Positions 48,202 through 57,636 of a stretch of DNA of 64,000 nucleotides are shown in pieces. A model generated the notes under the pieces. The model searched no databases, had not been told where the DNA came from, and saw only the letters and a list, made by a program, of their open reading frames with translations. The stretch's first letter is position 1. Each line of letters starts with the position of its first letter. Position numbers and translations under genes: made by a program. The stretch is taken from positions 158 through 64,157 of the forward strand of contig CAZMGP010000028.1 in the NCBI GenBank assembly GCA_964565875.1, read 5' to 3'. The stretch is from an uncultured Enterobacteriaceae bacterium (lineage in GTDB: Bacteria; Pseudomonadota; Gammaproteobacteria; Burkholderiales; SG8-39).

Positions 48202-49437
48202 TCAGAGGATGTTGCTTTCTTCGAGGGCGCGTATTTCTCCTGCCGACAGCCCGAGCTCGCGCGAAACGATTTCGTGCGTATGCTCGCCCAGCAGCGGCGC
48301 CCGCGACAGCGGCCGCTTGTCCTCGCCGGGCGAGGAGATGGGAACGCTCGGCGCAAATAGGCCGGGCATGACGCCGGCGAGCGGATGCTCGAGCGGCTGC
48401 AGCATGCCGCGCGCCGCAAGGGAAGGATCGCGGTTCAGTTCTGCGAGGTCTTCCACGACCTTCGCGCACGGGATGCCCTTTTTCCCCGTGAGCTCGATCA
48501 AATCCGCGACGGTGTAGGCGTGCACCCAGGCCGCCACCTGCTCGTCGATCCAATCCTGGCGCTCCAGACGGGCAGCGAGCGGAACAAGATCCGGATCGAG
48601 CAACTGCTCCGAACCGATCAGCTTTGCCAGACGCTGCCACAAGCGCGGCGGCGCCGCATTCAGCGCGACGTAGCCGTCGCGACAGTGATAAACATTGCAC
48701 GGCGCAAGGCGTGGGATGCGGCTGCCGGTGCGCAAGGGGAAACCCCATTCGACCTGCGCTTCCACAGGCTCCACCATCAACATCGCCACCAGCGAATCGT
48801 GCATCGCGACGTCGACCACGCTTCCCTTATTCGTCCGGTCGCGTTCGCGCAGCGCGGCGAGAATCCCGATTACCGCATAAAGCGAGGGCACGGTGTCGCC
48901 GAAACTGATCCCGGTGCGGCTGGGCGGCTCGGATGCGAACCCGTTCGTTGCCATAGTGAGTGAGCTCGCCTGCACGATCGGATCGAATGCCGGCAGGTTC
49001 GCCTTGGGCCCGGATCGCCCGTAGCCCGAGATCGAGCACAGCACGATGCGCGGATTGGCAGCGCAGAGCGCGGCATAGCCCAGCCCCCACTTCTCCAGGA
49101 TTCCGGGGGCCAGGTTTTCGATCACGACGTCGAACTTCTCTACTAGGCGCAGGAACAGCGCCCGCCCCTCCGGCGCCTCGAGATTGAGCGTCAGGCTCTT
49201 CTTGCCGCGATTGCGCTTGAGGATAGCGATGGATTCGTCCTCTGCCGAGCTGATCTCGCGCATCGCGGTGCCGTTCACGCCGCAAAACGGCGGAAACGTG
49301 CGTGCCGGGTCACCGCCGTCGCGCCGCTCGACCTTCACCACTTCCGCCCCCAGGCCGGCGAGGGTCAAGGTCGCAAAAGGGCCGGACAGATAGCTCGTCA
49401 GATCGAGCACGCGTATTCCCGACAATGCATCACGCAT
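48202..49437 (-). CDS. Family III CoA-transferase (CaiB/BaiF)
   Basis: LSGIRVLDLT..LSGP, NRGKKS, ISGYG; catalytic Asp in GISFGD. Confidence 0.92.
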   Translation of the reverse strand: MRDALSGIRVLDLTSYLSGPFATLTLAGLGAEVVKVERRDGGDPARTFPPFCGVNGTAMREISSAEDESIAILKRNRGKKSLTLNLEAPEGRALFLRLVEKFDVVIENLAPGILEKWGLGYAALCAANPRIVLCSISGYGRSGPKANLPAFDPIVQASSLTMATNGFASEPPSRTGISFGDTVPSLYAVIGILAALRERDRTNKGSVVDVAMHDSLVAMLMVEPVEAQVEWGFPLRTGSRIPRLAPCNVYHCRDGYVALNAAPPRLWQRLAKLIGSEQLLDPDLVPLAARLERQDWIDEQVAAWVHAYTVADLIELTGKKGIPCAKVVEDLAELNRDPSLAARGMLQPLEHPLAGVMPGLFAPSVPISSPGEDKRPLSRAPLLGEHTHEIVSRELGLSAGEIRALEESNIL

Positions 49438-50374
49438 GGCCGGCTCCGTTGGCATTCAATAGTCGTTGCGCGTTGTTCGCCAAGATATTGTCCACATCCT
49501 TGTTGGTGAATTGTCGATTCTGCTCGGGCAAGCGGCGTATGCAATCGATCCACTGCGCCAGTTCAGACTTGTCGCCGCCTACCTGGGGTCCGCTCAAATG
49601 GTCGCTGCCGAACAGAATGCGATCCGTGCCCATTTCGTCTCGCATCTCGGCCAGGATATCCACGAACTTGGCGTAATTCCTCGATGCCAGCTTGTACCAT
49701 TGCGAAATTTCGAGGTAAGCGTTCGGGTTTCGACGCGCGACCGTGATTGCGTCCGTCCACTGGTACGGATACCCCGCGTGCCCGATGATGAATTTGAGCT
49801 CCGGCAACTCCGCCTGCACATCGGAGAGCAGCACCGGATCGCCGTAGCGCGCACGCATCGGATAGTTGACCCCGCCGCTGTGGAACATCACCGGCACCTC
49901 TTCCTCCATGGCCACGCGGCAAACAGCGAGCGATTCGGGGCTCGCCGGATCGAACCCGGCCGGCGGATAGAGGTTCAGTCCCTTGAGCTTGAAGCGGCGT
50001 AGCGTCCTGCGCACGAAATCGACGGCGCCGGGGCGGCGCGGATCGATACCGGTGAAAGAAATGTAGCGTCCGGGATATCGCTCCTGCAGCGCCGCGCTGT
50101 GCTCGACGATCTCGTCCATCGAGGCGCTCGGTTCGCCCAGCGCAAGACCATAGTCGAGGGGGTGGCTTACGACGACGTCGACCCCCGCCTTGTCCAGATC
50201 TTTCATCATGAACTGCGCATCGGGATCGAGGATGCGGCTCTCCAGTCGCGCCGCGAACTGCTTGATGTCGGTCGTTCCCGGACGCTGGGAGGCCAGATGG
50301 CGCGCGAGCACGTCGAACCAGCGGGCAGGTAGATGGCCGGCAGCGAACAGGTGAATGTGGAAATCGACGATCAC
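49430..50374 (-). CDS. Amidohydrolase family 2 protein (possible decarboxylase/hydratase)
   Basis: VDFHIH, LYP, MFHSG, IGHAG, ILFGSD, NAQRLL motifs. Confidence 0.88.
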   Translation of the reverse strand: MIVDFHIHLFAAGHLPARWFDVLARHLASQRPGTTDIKQFAARLESRILDPDAQFMMKDLDKAGVDVVVSHPLDYGLALGEPSASMDEIVEHSAALQERYPGRYISFTGIDPRRPGAVDFVRRTLRRFKLKGLNLYPPAGFDPASPESLAVCRVAMEEEVPVMFHSGGVNYPMRARYGDPVLLSDVQAELPELKFIIGHAGYPYQWTDAITVARRNPNAYLEISQWYKLASRNYAKFVDILAEMRDEMGTDRILFGSDHLSGPQVGGDKSELAQWIDCIRRLPEQNRQFTNKDVDNILANNAQRLLNANGAGHA

Positions 50375-50402
50375 GTTTTGTCCTCAGTGGAGGCGTCTGG
50401 CG

Positions 50403-51185
50403 TCAGCCCGATGCACGCTGCTTCGATCGCGGGCGTGCCAGGAAGCCCTGCAGAACTTCACGATTGCGTGGATTCGCATAGCAGTCGCGCAGCAGCGTAA
50501 GCTCGAGATCGTTGCTGTCTATGCCGAGCGCCGCCTGGCGCGCACAGGATAGGACCGCACGCACCGCATTCGGCTCGAACCCGGCCAAATGCCGCGCTGC
50601 CTGGCTGACTTCGCGTTCAAACTCATTCGCTGCGCACACTCGATCGACGATTCCCAGCGCTTGCGCCGCGTCGGCGCCGATGAGTTCGGTGCCGAGGACC
50701 AAGCTACGGGTGCGCGCGGCGCCGATGAGGCGCGTCAGGCGGCGTACACCACCGGCCGCTGGGAACAATCCCACCTTCAGTTCGGGAAGTCCGACACGCG
50801 CCTCCGCTACCGCAATCCGTTGGTGGCACGCGAGCGCAAGTTCGAGACCGCCGCCGACGGCTGCGCCATTGATGGCCGCGATTACGGGCTTTTCACTGCA
50901 CTCGATCAGATCCACTACCTCATGCCACTTGCGCAAATGCACGCCGATGTCGGGAACACCGTGCGCCAGTTCGGAGATGTCTGAGCCGCTGCAGAAAAAC
51001 TTCTGGCCGCTTCCGGAAAGAACGATGACGCGGATCGCCGCGTCGGCTAGGCATTCTCGAATGTGGCTGGCGAGCAGGAGCAGATCCGCGCCACGCATGG
51101 CGTTGCCGGCGTCCGCACGCATGATTTGAATGCGCGCGACTGCCTCTTCGCGCGACAGGCCGACGCTCGCCGACGTGGCGCTCAC
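50403..51185 (-). CDS. Enoyl-CoA hydratase/isomerase
   Basis: FCSGSDI, KPVIAAINGAAVGGGLELALAC, GLPELKVG motifs; GTG start overlapping the ACAD stop (GTGA). Confidence 0.9.
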   Translation of the reverse strand: MSATSASVGLSREEAVARIQIMRADAGNAMRGADLLLLASHIRECLADAAIRVIVLSGSGQKFFCSGSDISELAHGVPDIGVHLRKWHEVVDLIECSEKPVIAAINGAAVGGGLELALACHQRIAVAEARVGLPELKVGLFPAAGGVRRLTRLIGAARTRSLVLGTELIGADAAQALGIVDRVCAANEFEREVSQAARHLAGFEPNAVRAVLSCARQAALGIDSNDLELTLLRDCYANPRNREVLQGFLARPRSKQRASG

Positions 51186-52327
51186 GCGAGTTCCCGGCGC
51201 AGCGTGCGATAGACCAAGGCGCGCTGCAATTCGTTTGCGCCTTCGAAGATTTGAATCCCCTTGGCGTCGCGCATCATGCGCTCGCAAGGATGCTCGCCAG
51301 TGTAGCCGTGGCCGCCGAGCAGTTGCACCGCGTCGGTCGTGACTCTCATCGCCACGTCGGAGGCGAAGTATTTCGCCATCGACGCCTGCAGCGAGAATGA
51401 CTCCTTCGCGTCGGCGCGCCGCGCCGCCTCCATCGTAAGCTGACGCGCCGCCTCGATTTCCGTCGCCATGTCCGCGAGCTTGAACTGCACCCCTTGAAAA
51501 TCAGCCACAGCGCGACCGAACACGCTTCGCTCAAGCGTGTAGCGGAATGCGTAATCGAACGCGCCTTGGGCAAGACCGACCGCCATCGCGGCGATGCCGA
51601 CGCGCGAGTAATCGAGCCCGGTCATCGCTTGGCGGAACAGCCCCGCTTCACCCAAACAGTCGTTCTTCGATACGTGCAGGTCCTGCAAGCTGATTTCGCA
51701 TAGCGGTGCGGCGCGCAAGCCAAGCTTCTTCTCCAGGCGGGAGATCACGAATCCCTGCTGAGGTGGGCGCACGACAAAGCAGGAAATGCCGTCCTTGGGC
51801 GGCAGCGTGGTTATGCGCGCAAATACGAGGACGACATCGGCCATGCTTGCCCAGCTGGAGAAGCACTTCGTCCCGTTCAAACGATACCCATCCCCGTCCG
51901 GGGTCGCCGTGGCGCGTATCTGGGCGGCATCGGAGCCCGCCCCGGGTTCGGTGAGCGAATAGGCAGTAATCAATTGCCGCTCGACGATTTCGGCAAGCAC
52001 GGCGTCCGCCGCGGCCCGATTCGTCGCATAGCGCAGAAGATAGGCGTTATTGCCCTGCAGGTGCACGAGCGTCGAGGTCGTGCAATCGGCGCTCGCCAGC
52101 AACTCGACGACCTTGCAGAATAGTTGCACCGAGACTTCGGCCCCGCCAAGCGCCTCCGGCACGCATAGCCCCGCTAAGCCGAGGTCCTTCACTGCATTCC
52201 ACAACTCGGGCGCAAATTTCTCCTGCGCATCGTTCTGTTTCGCCAGGGCACGCGCTTCATTCGCGAGCCTGGACGCCGAATTGAGGATGGCGGCATCGAT
52301 GCTATCGCTAGCTACTGGTTGATTCAT
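51182..52327 (-). CDS. Acyl-CoA dehydrogenase
   Basis: SLTEPGAGSD, FQGVQFKLADM, VQLLGGHGY, QIFEGANE motifs. Confidence 0.93.
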   Translation of the reverse strand: MNQPVASDSIDAAILNSASRLANEARALAKQNDAQEKFAPELWNAVKDLGLAGLCVPEALGGAEVSVQLFCKVVELLASADCTTSTLVHLQGNNAYLLRYATNRAAADAVLAEIVERQLITAYSLTEPGAGSDAAQIRATATPDGDGYRLNGTKCFSSWASMADVVLVFARITTLPPKDGISCFVVRPPQQGFVISRLEKKLGLRAAPLCEISLQDLHVSKNDCLGEAGLFRQAMTGLDYSRVGIAAMAVGLAQGAFDYAFRYTLERSVFGRAVADFQGVQFKLADMATEIEAARQLTMEAARRADAKESFSLQASMAKYFASDVAMRVTTDAVQLLGGHGYTGEHPCERMMRDAKGIQIFEGANELQRALVYRTLRRELA

Positions 52328-52409
52328 CGAAAATTCCTAAAGTCGACCTGCGGGTGGGTGTTTCGAGTTACCATACGTCCCGGCCACTTCCGATATCATT
52401 CGCTGAATG

Positions 52410-52442
52410 TGGTATACGTGATATAAATAATGGTATACCATT
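52410..52442. promoter_or_regulatory. Putative GntR/FadR operators
   Basis: AATGGTATACCATT palindrome (52429-52442) plus degenerate TGGTATACGT (52410) in a divergent promoter. Confidence 0.75.
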
Positions 52443-52513
52443 CGAGGACGGTCATCAAGCATTTTGTCGCCTTTGAATAAAGTAGAGCGTTCTCGGGAGC
52501 CGTCGCCACAGTC

Positions 52514-53416
52514 ATGAACGAAACCTCTGCCATCAAGACCGTGCTCATCGCCGGCGCCGGTTCCATTGGAATCGGCGTAGCGCGGTCCTTTGCGACGTCG
52601 GGATTTGCGCTCCAGGTGCTGAGTCGGAATCCAAGCCGCCTGCAGGGCGCACTCGATGGAGTCGACATCGTCGATAAGATTCCGGCGACAGCACCCGATC
52701 TCATCGTCGAATCGTTTCCCGAGCATCCCGAGCTCAAGGCGCGCTTCTACCGCGACGTGGAAGACGCTTACGGCGGAGCCTCTATACTCGCCACCAACAC
52801 CTCGGGCCTGCCGCTCCAGGACCTCATGCAAAGTCTGCGCTATCCGGAGCAGTTCCTCGGCACCCATTATTTGTACCCTGCCGACGCCTCAGAGTTCGTG
52901 GAAGTCGTGCGGACGGAGAAGACGAGCGATGCGGCCGTCGAACGCGTGCTTGCTGCCCTGAAGAAGTGCCGAAAAACCCCGGTTCTGGTCAATCAGCCGG
53001 TGATTGGGGCACTAATCAACCGGCTTCAGCACGCGATCCTGCACGAGGCCTACTATCTGATCGACGCGGGCATCACGACCGCGGAACAGGTGGATGACGT
53101 CGCACGGCGACTGCTCGGGCCGCGCATGTGCGTGACAGGGCTGCTGCTGCAAAAGGACATCAGCGGCCTCGACACCCACGCCCTGGCGCAGCGCACCATC
53201 GTGCCGCAATTGCGTCACGACAAGACCCCGAGCAAGACCTTACAAGCGCTATACGAGGGTGGGCATCTGGGCCTCAAGACGGGCCGGGGCTTTTATGACT
53301 GGACCAATGCCGATGCGGCGCATATCCGCGCCACCGCAAAAGAGAACGTAGCGAAAATTGTCGAACTCATGCAGCAACTGGAAGTGATTCCCTACGGAAC
53401 CTGCGAACATGTCTGA
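52514..53416 (+). CDS. 3-hydroxyacyl-CoA dehydrogenase family protein
   Basis: IAGAGSIG, VESFPE...K, ATNTSG, GTHY..P, GLKTGRGFYDW motifs. Confidence 0.9.
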   Translation: MNETSAIKTVLIAGAGSIGIGVARSFATSGFALQVLSRNPSRLQGALDGVDIVDKIPATAPDLIVESFPEHPELKARFYRDVEDAYGGASILATNTSGLPLQDLMQSLRYPEQFLGTHYLYPADASEFVEVVRTEKTSDAAVERVLAALKKCRKTPVLVNQPVIGALINRLQHAILHEAYYLIDAGITTAEQVDDVARRLLGPRMCVTGLLLQKDISGLDTHALAQRTIVPQLRHDKTPSKTLQALYEGGHLGLKTGRGFYDWTNADAAHIRATAKENVAKIVELMQQLEVIPYGTCEHV

Positions 53417-54593
53417 CGCAAAGAACGCGATCCTGTTCTCGCCCTTGCAGCTGCGCGGCATCCGTTTGAAGAATCGGGTGGTCATCTCCCCCATGGCGCA
53501 ATACTGCGGAGAACGCGGCAATTCCACCGATTGGCATTTCGCCCATCTCGCAAGCTTCGCCATAGGCGGTGCGGGGCTGGTATTTACCGAGTCGACGAAA
53601 GTCGAGCCGCGCGGCCTGGGCAGCTATGGCGATCTTTCGCTCTGGTCGGAGGAGCATGTCGCATCGTTTCGCCCGATTACCGCGTTCCTGAAGCAGATGG
53701 GAGCGAGCCCCGGAATCCAGCTCAACCACTCCGGGCGTAAAGCGCGTTCGCAGCGGCCCTGGGAAGGCTTCGGACCGCTCAAGGCGCCGGAGTTGGAACT
53801 GTGGCCCGTGATCGCCCCCAGCCCTCTGAAACATGAGGAGGGATGGGCCGTGCCGCGCGAAATGACGCTTGAGGACATCCGCGAGGTGATCGATGCCTGG
53901 GTGCGCGCCACCAAGCTCGCGGCCGAGGCGGGGTTCGAGGTGCTTGAGATCCACGGCGCGCACGGCTATCTGCTGCATCAGTTCCTGTCGCCCGTGGCGA
54001 ACCAACGCCGCGACGCCTATGGCGGCTCGCTCAAGCAGCGTATGCGCTTCGTGCTCGAACTGACTGAAGGGGTCCGTGCGGCCTGGCCCGCAGAGTTTCC
54101 CCTCTTCTTTCGCGTTTCCGCGACAGATGACATGGGGTGGACTCTGGAGGACTCGGTGGCGCTCGCCAAGGAACTCGCCGCTCTGGGCGTGGATGTCATC
54201 GACTGCTCCTCCGGCGGCATGACTGCGCGCTCGCCGACCGCCTCGCAGACCAGCCGCGCTCTCGGCTATCAGGTTCCCTACGCCGACAGAATAAAGAAAG
54301 ATTCAGGCATTCGTACTATGGCGGTCGGACTCATCGTCAAGCCACGGCAAGCGGAATCGATTCTGCAAAGCCAAGCCGCCGACCTCATCGCCATTGGACG
54401 CGAAGCCTTGTACAACCCGTTCTGGGCATTGCATGCTGCGCGCGACATGGGATTGGACCCCGAGTTCGCGCTCTGGCCCAAGCAGTACGGTTGGTGGCTA
54501 GACCGGCGGGAAAAGTCCGGCCCCATCCGGCCGCCCGAGGCCGCCGCCGCAGGACGGCGCCTCGAGTCCATCGGTGGCACGGTTCGCAGCTAG
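53409..54593 (+). CDS. NADH:flavin oxidoreductase / old yellow enzyme
   Basis: NRVVISPMAQY, EIHGAHGYLLHQFLSP motifs; paralog of 33484-34623. Confidence 0.92.
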   Translation: MSDAKNAILFSPLQLRGIRLKNRVVISPMAQYCGERGNSTDWHFAHLASFAIGGAGLVFTESTKVEPRGLGSYGDLSLWSEEHVASFRPITAFLKQMGASPGIQLNHSGRKARSQRPWEGFGPLKAPELELWPVIAPSPLKHEEGWAVPREMTLEDIREVIDAWVRATKLAAEAGFEVLEIHGAHGYLLHQFLSPVANQRRDAYGGSLKQRMRFVLELTEGVRAAWPAEFPLFFRVSATDDMGWTLEDSVALAKELAALGVDVIDCSSGGMTARSPTASQTSRALGYQVPYADRIKKDSGIRTMAVGLIVKPRQAESILQSQAADLIAIGREALYNPFWALHAARDMGLDPEFALWPKQYGWWLDRREKSGPIRPPEAAAAGRRLESIGGTVRS

Positions 54594-54624
54594 CAGCAAC
54601 GACTGCATCTTTAATGGATTTACC

Positions 54625-55389
54625 ATGACAGAAAAAACCGGCAAGAAGGCACGAGGCGCGGCACGGGTGAAACGGCCCTCCCCATCCCTCGCGAAGGTAG
54701 ACGCAAACGTCGGCGAGCGCTTAGACGCGATATTGCGCACGATCGAAGAGGACATCGTCGCAGGCAGCCTGCGCCCGGGGGAACGGCTGGACGAGCGCAC
54801 CTTGGCGCAACGATTCAATGTTTCGCGCACTCCGATCCGCGAAGTCCTGGTGCGGATGTCGTCGCTCGGAATAGTGGAACTAAAGCGCAATCAAGGTGCG
54901 TTCGTCGCCGAAATCTCCTCGGGCCGCTTGATAGGCATGCTCGAAGTCATGGCGGAACTCAAAGTGCTCGCCGCGCGGCAATCGGCCCGGCGCATGACCA
55001 TTGAAGAGCGGCAGCACATTATCGAGCTACGCGACCAAATGGCGAAATGCGTCGAGAGCGGCGGCCTGCAAGAGTATTTCGACCTTGCGACGGCCTTGCA
55101 CGACGCTGTATGCGAGGGCACGCATAACCCCTTCCTGGTCGAGAGCACACGCAATATCCAAGTATGCCTTTGCGCCTACCGCAGGCACCTGTCCCGCATC
55201 CTGCACCTGCCGATCAAGACCTCGCTGGAAGAGAACAGCCGCGTCGTCGACGCGATCGTTCAAGGCGATCCGACCGAAGCCGAGAACTGGATGCGCAAGC
55301 AAACCGAGTTGCGCCGTGAAGAGTTCGCCGATCTGATCACCCTCGTTTCGGAGAAGGCTCCGCCGGCAGACCTTGCGAGCATGATTTGA
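54625..55389 (+). CDS. GntR family regulator (FCD/FadR subfamily)
   Basis: LRPGERLDE..LAQRFNVSRTPIRE wHTH; FCD features (LHDAV...HNPFL). Confidence 0.92.
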   Translation: MTEKTGKKARGAARVKRPSPSLAKVDANVGERLDAILRTIEEDIVAGSLRPGERLDERTLAQRFNVSRTPIREVLVRMSSLGIVELKRNQGAFVAEISSGRLIGMLEVMAELKVLAARQSARRMTIEERQHIIELRDQMAKCVESGGLQEYFDLATALHDAVCEGTHNPFLVESTRNIQVCLCAYRRHLSRILHLPIKTSLEENSRVVDAIVQGDPTEAENWMRKQTELRREEFADLITLVSEKAPPADLASMI

Positions 55390-55485
55390 CCGCGGCGGTT
55401 GCGATCGATCGGCATTCCAAGCTCTGTCACCAATCGGGACCCGCCGCGTTAGCGCGGCCCGGCAACCGTTCTTACAGGACACCCC

Positions 55486-56400
55486 ATGATCAAATGGACC
55501 ACCCTTGCCTCCGGTTTGCGTTTCCCCGAGGGGCCAATCGCGTTCGCCGACGGCTCGGTATTGATCGTCGAGATCAGGCGCGGGACCTTGACGCGGATAT
55601 CGCCGGACGGTTCGAGCAACGTCGTGGCTTACTTGGGCGGCGCTCCGAACGGCGCCGCGATCGGCCCCGACAATGCCTGCTACATCTGCAACAGCGGAGG
55701 ATTCAAGTGGCATGAGGAGCCGGGCATGCTGCGGCCGATCGGCCAAGCGGAGGACTACGTCGGCGGCAGCATACAGCGCGTCGATCTAAACACTGGTGCG
55801 GTTACCACGCTGTACGGCGGAGAAAGAGGTTCGCAGCTCAAAGGACCGAATGATCTGATCTTCGACGCAAGCGGTGGCTTCTGGTTCACCGACCAGGGCA
55901 AGACGCGTGAACGCAGCATGGATCGCGCCAGCGTCTATTACGGCAAGCCCGACGGCTCCAGCCTCAAGGAAGTCATATTCCCGATGATCGGCGCCAATGG
56001 CGTCGGCCTCTCCCCGGACGGCGGCAAACTCTACGTCGCGGAGACGATCACCGGGCGGCTGTGGGAATTTGAGGTCACGGATTTCGGCGCGATCGATCCG
56101 AAGCCGTGGCCTTCGCCGAACGGCGGCAGCTTGTTGACGGGTTCCTCGAACTACCAGCTATTTGATTCGCTCGCCGTAGAAGAGAGCGGCAACATCTGCG
56201 TCGGCACGCTCATCAATGGCGGCATCACTATTGTGTCGCCGACGGGAAGCGTCCTTGAACACGTGAAGCTGCCCGATCACTACGCCAGCAATATCTGCTT
56301 CGGCGGCCCGGATATGCGCACCGCGTACATCACGCTGTCGCTCACCGGCAAGCTGATCGCGATGGAATGGCCCCGGCCGGGGCTGCGCCTACCCTTCTAA
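55486..56400 (+). CDS. SMP-30/gluconolactonase family protein
   Basis: GLRFPEGP, PNGAAIGPD, GPNDL..D..GGFWFTD, NGVGLSPDG, NICFGG motifs. Confidence 0.92.
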   Translation: MIKWTTLASGLRFPEGPIAFADGSVLIVEIRRGTLTRISPDGSSNVVAYLGGAPNGAAIGPDNACYICNSGGFKWHEEPGMLRPIGQAEDYVGGSIQRVDLNTGAVTTLYGGERGSQLKGPNDLIFDASGGFWFTDQGKTRERSMDRASVYYGKPDGSSLKEVIFPMIGANGVGLSPDGGKLYVAETITGRLWEFEVTDFGAIDPKPWPSPNGGSLLTGSSNYQLFDSLAVEESGNICVGTLINGGITIVSPTGSVLEHVKLPDHYASNICFGGPDMRTAYITLSLTGKLIAMEWPRPGLRLPF

Positions 56401-56415
56401 GCGCTGAGCAGCCGT

Positions 56416-57543
56416 CTAAAGCGCAGCAAAACGCGGCACGATCGCCGCATTGTCTGCGCCGACGGTGGGTGCGGCCGCGGCAGCCGCGCCGGCGCGCAAG
56501 CTCGGGACCACCGGCACCGGCAAGGCCGGAAGAACATGACCGGGTAGCGTCACCTTGCGCTCGAATAGCCCGCGGGCGCGAAAATGAATGTCGCGCACCG
56601 CCTCCTCCAGCGTGCGCACCACGGCGCAGCAGACATCGACTCCCTGGAACTTCTCTTCCCAGTGCGCGGCCGGCCGCGCCGCAACCCGCGCCTGCACGGC
56701 CGCGATCGTGGCCGCTGGATCATGGCTGTCATCGGCGCGGTCTGCCGGCAGTTCGATCAGGCCACAGAACGTCTTCCAGAACTTGTCTTCCAGGGCGGCG
56801 ACGGCGAGGAAGCGCGCATCGGCGGTGCGATAAATGCGGTAGCGCGGCGAGCCGCCCGTCAATTGCTCCTTACCTGCGCGCGGCCAATTGCCCGCCCCGT
56901 GCCCCATCGCCAGTCCCCAGAACATGAAGGTGAACAGATTGTCGGTCATGGCGATATCGATGAAGCAGCCCTCCCCGCTGCGATCGCGTTGGCGCAACGC
57001 CAACAGAATGTTGACCACCGCCGGATACGAGCCTGCGCCAATGTCGGCGATCAAAGTGGGAGGAATGCAAGGCGCGCCTTCACTGTCTGCGCTGATGCCG
57101 AGCAAGCCAGTTTCGGCGGCGTAGCTGAGATCGTGGCCGGCGACTTGCGCCTTGGGGCCTGATTGGCCGTAGCCCGTGATCGCGCAATAGATGATCTTCG
57201 GGTTGGCGGCACGAAACTCTTCAAAACCCAAACCGAGGCGGCTCATCACCCCGGGGCGGAACTGCTCGATGACGATATCCACTTCCGCCGCCAGGGCGAG
57301 GATCGCCTGCACCGCACCGGGTGCACGCAGGTCGAGCGCAATTGCGCGCTTGCCGCGATTGAGCAGCGCAAAGCCGGCACCCATTCCCCCGATTTGCGGC
57401 TGATAGGCGCGCATGTCCTCCCCCGCCCCCGGCCGCTCCACCTTGATCACCTCGGCCCCCGCCTCCGCCAAGATCAGGCTTGCAAGTGGCCCCGGCAGCA
57501 GGGTGCTGAAATCGAGGACGCGGACACCGGACAGCGGAAGCAT
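56416..57543 (-). CDS. Family III CoA-transferase (CaiB; alpha-methylacyl-CoA racemase-like)
   Basis: MLPLSGVRVLDFSTLLPGP, NRGKR, EQFRPGVM, AGHDL, IADIGAG motifs; true start at ATG 57543. Confidence 0.9.
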   Translation of the reverse strand: MLPLSGVRVLDFSTLLPGPLASLILAEAGAEVIKVERPGAGEDMRAYQPQIGGMGAGFALLNRGKRAIALDLRAPGAVQAILALAAEVDIVIEQFRPGVMSRLGLGFEEFRAANPKIIYCAITGYGQSGPKAQVAGHDLSYAAETGLLGISADSEGAPCIPPTLIADIGAGSYPAVVNILLALRQRDRSGEGCFIDIAMTDNLFTFMFWGLAMGHGAGNWPRAGKEQLTGGSPRYRIYRTADARFLAVAALEDKFWKTFCGLIELPADRADDSHDPAATIAAVQARVAARPAAHWEEKFQGVDVCCAVVRTLEEAVRDIHFRARGLFERKVTLPGHVLPALPVPVVPSLRAGAAAAAAPTVGADNAAIVPRFAAL

Positions 57544-57636
57544 TGATTTCTCCAAGTCAATTTCCAAAATGCAATGTATGCATGTTGCAATACCATTCAG
57601 TTGCGATAGAATACCATACAAATTCTTGAATCCTGG

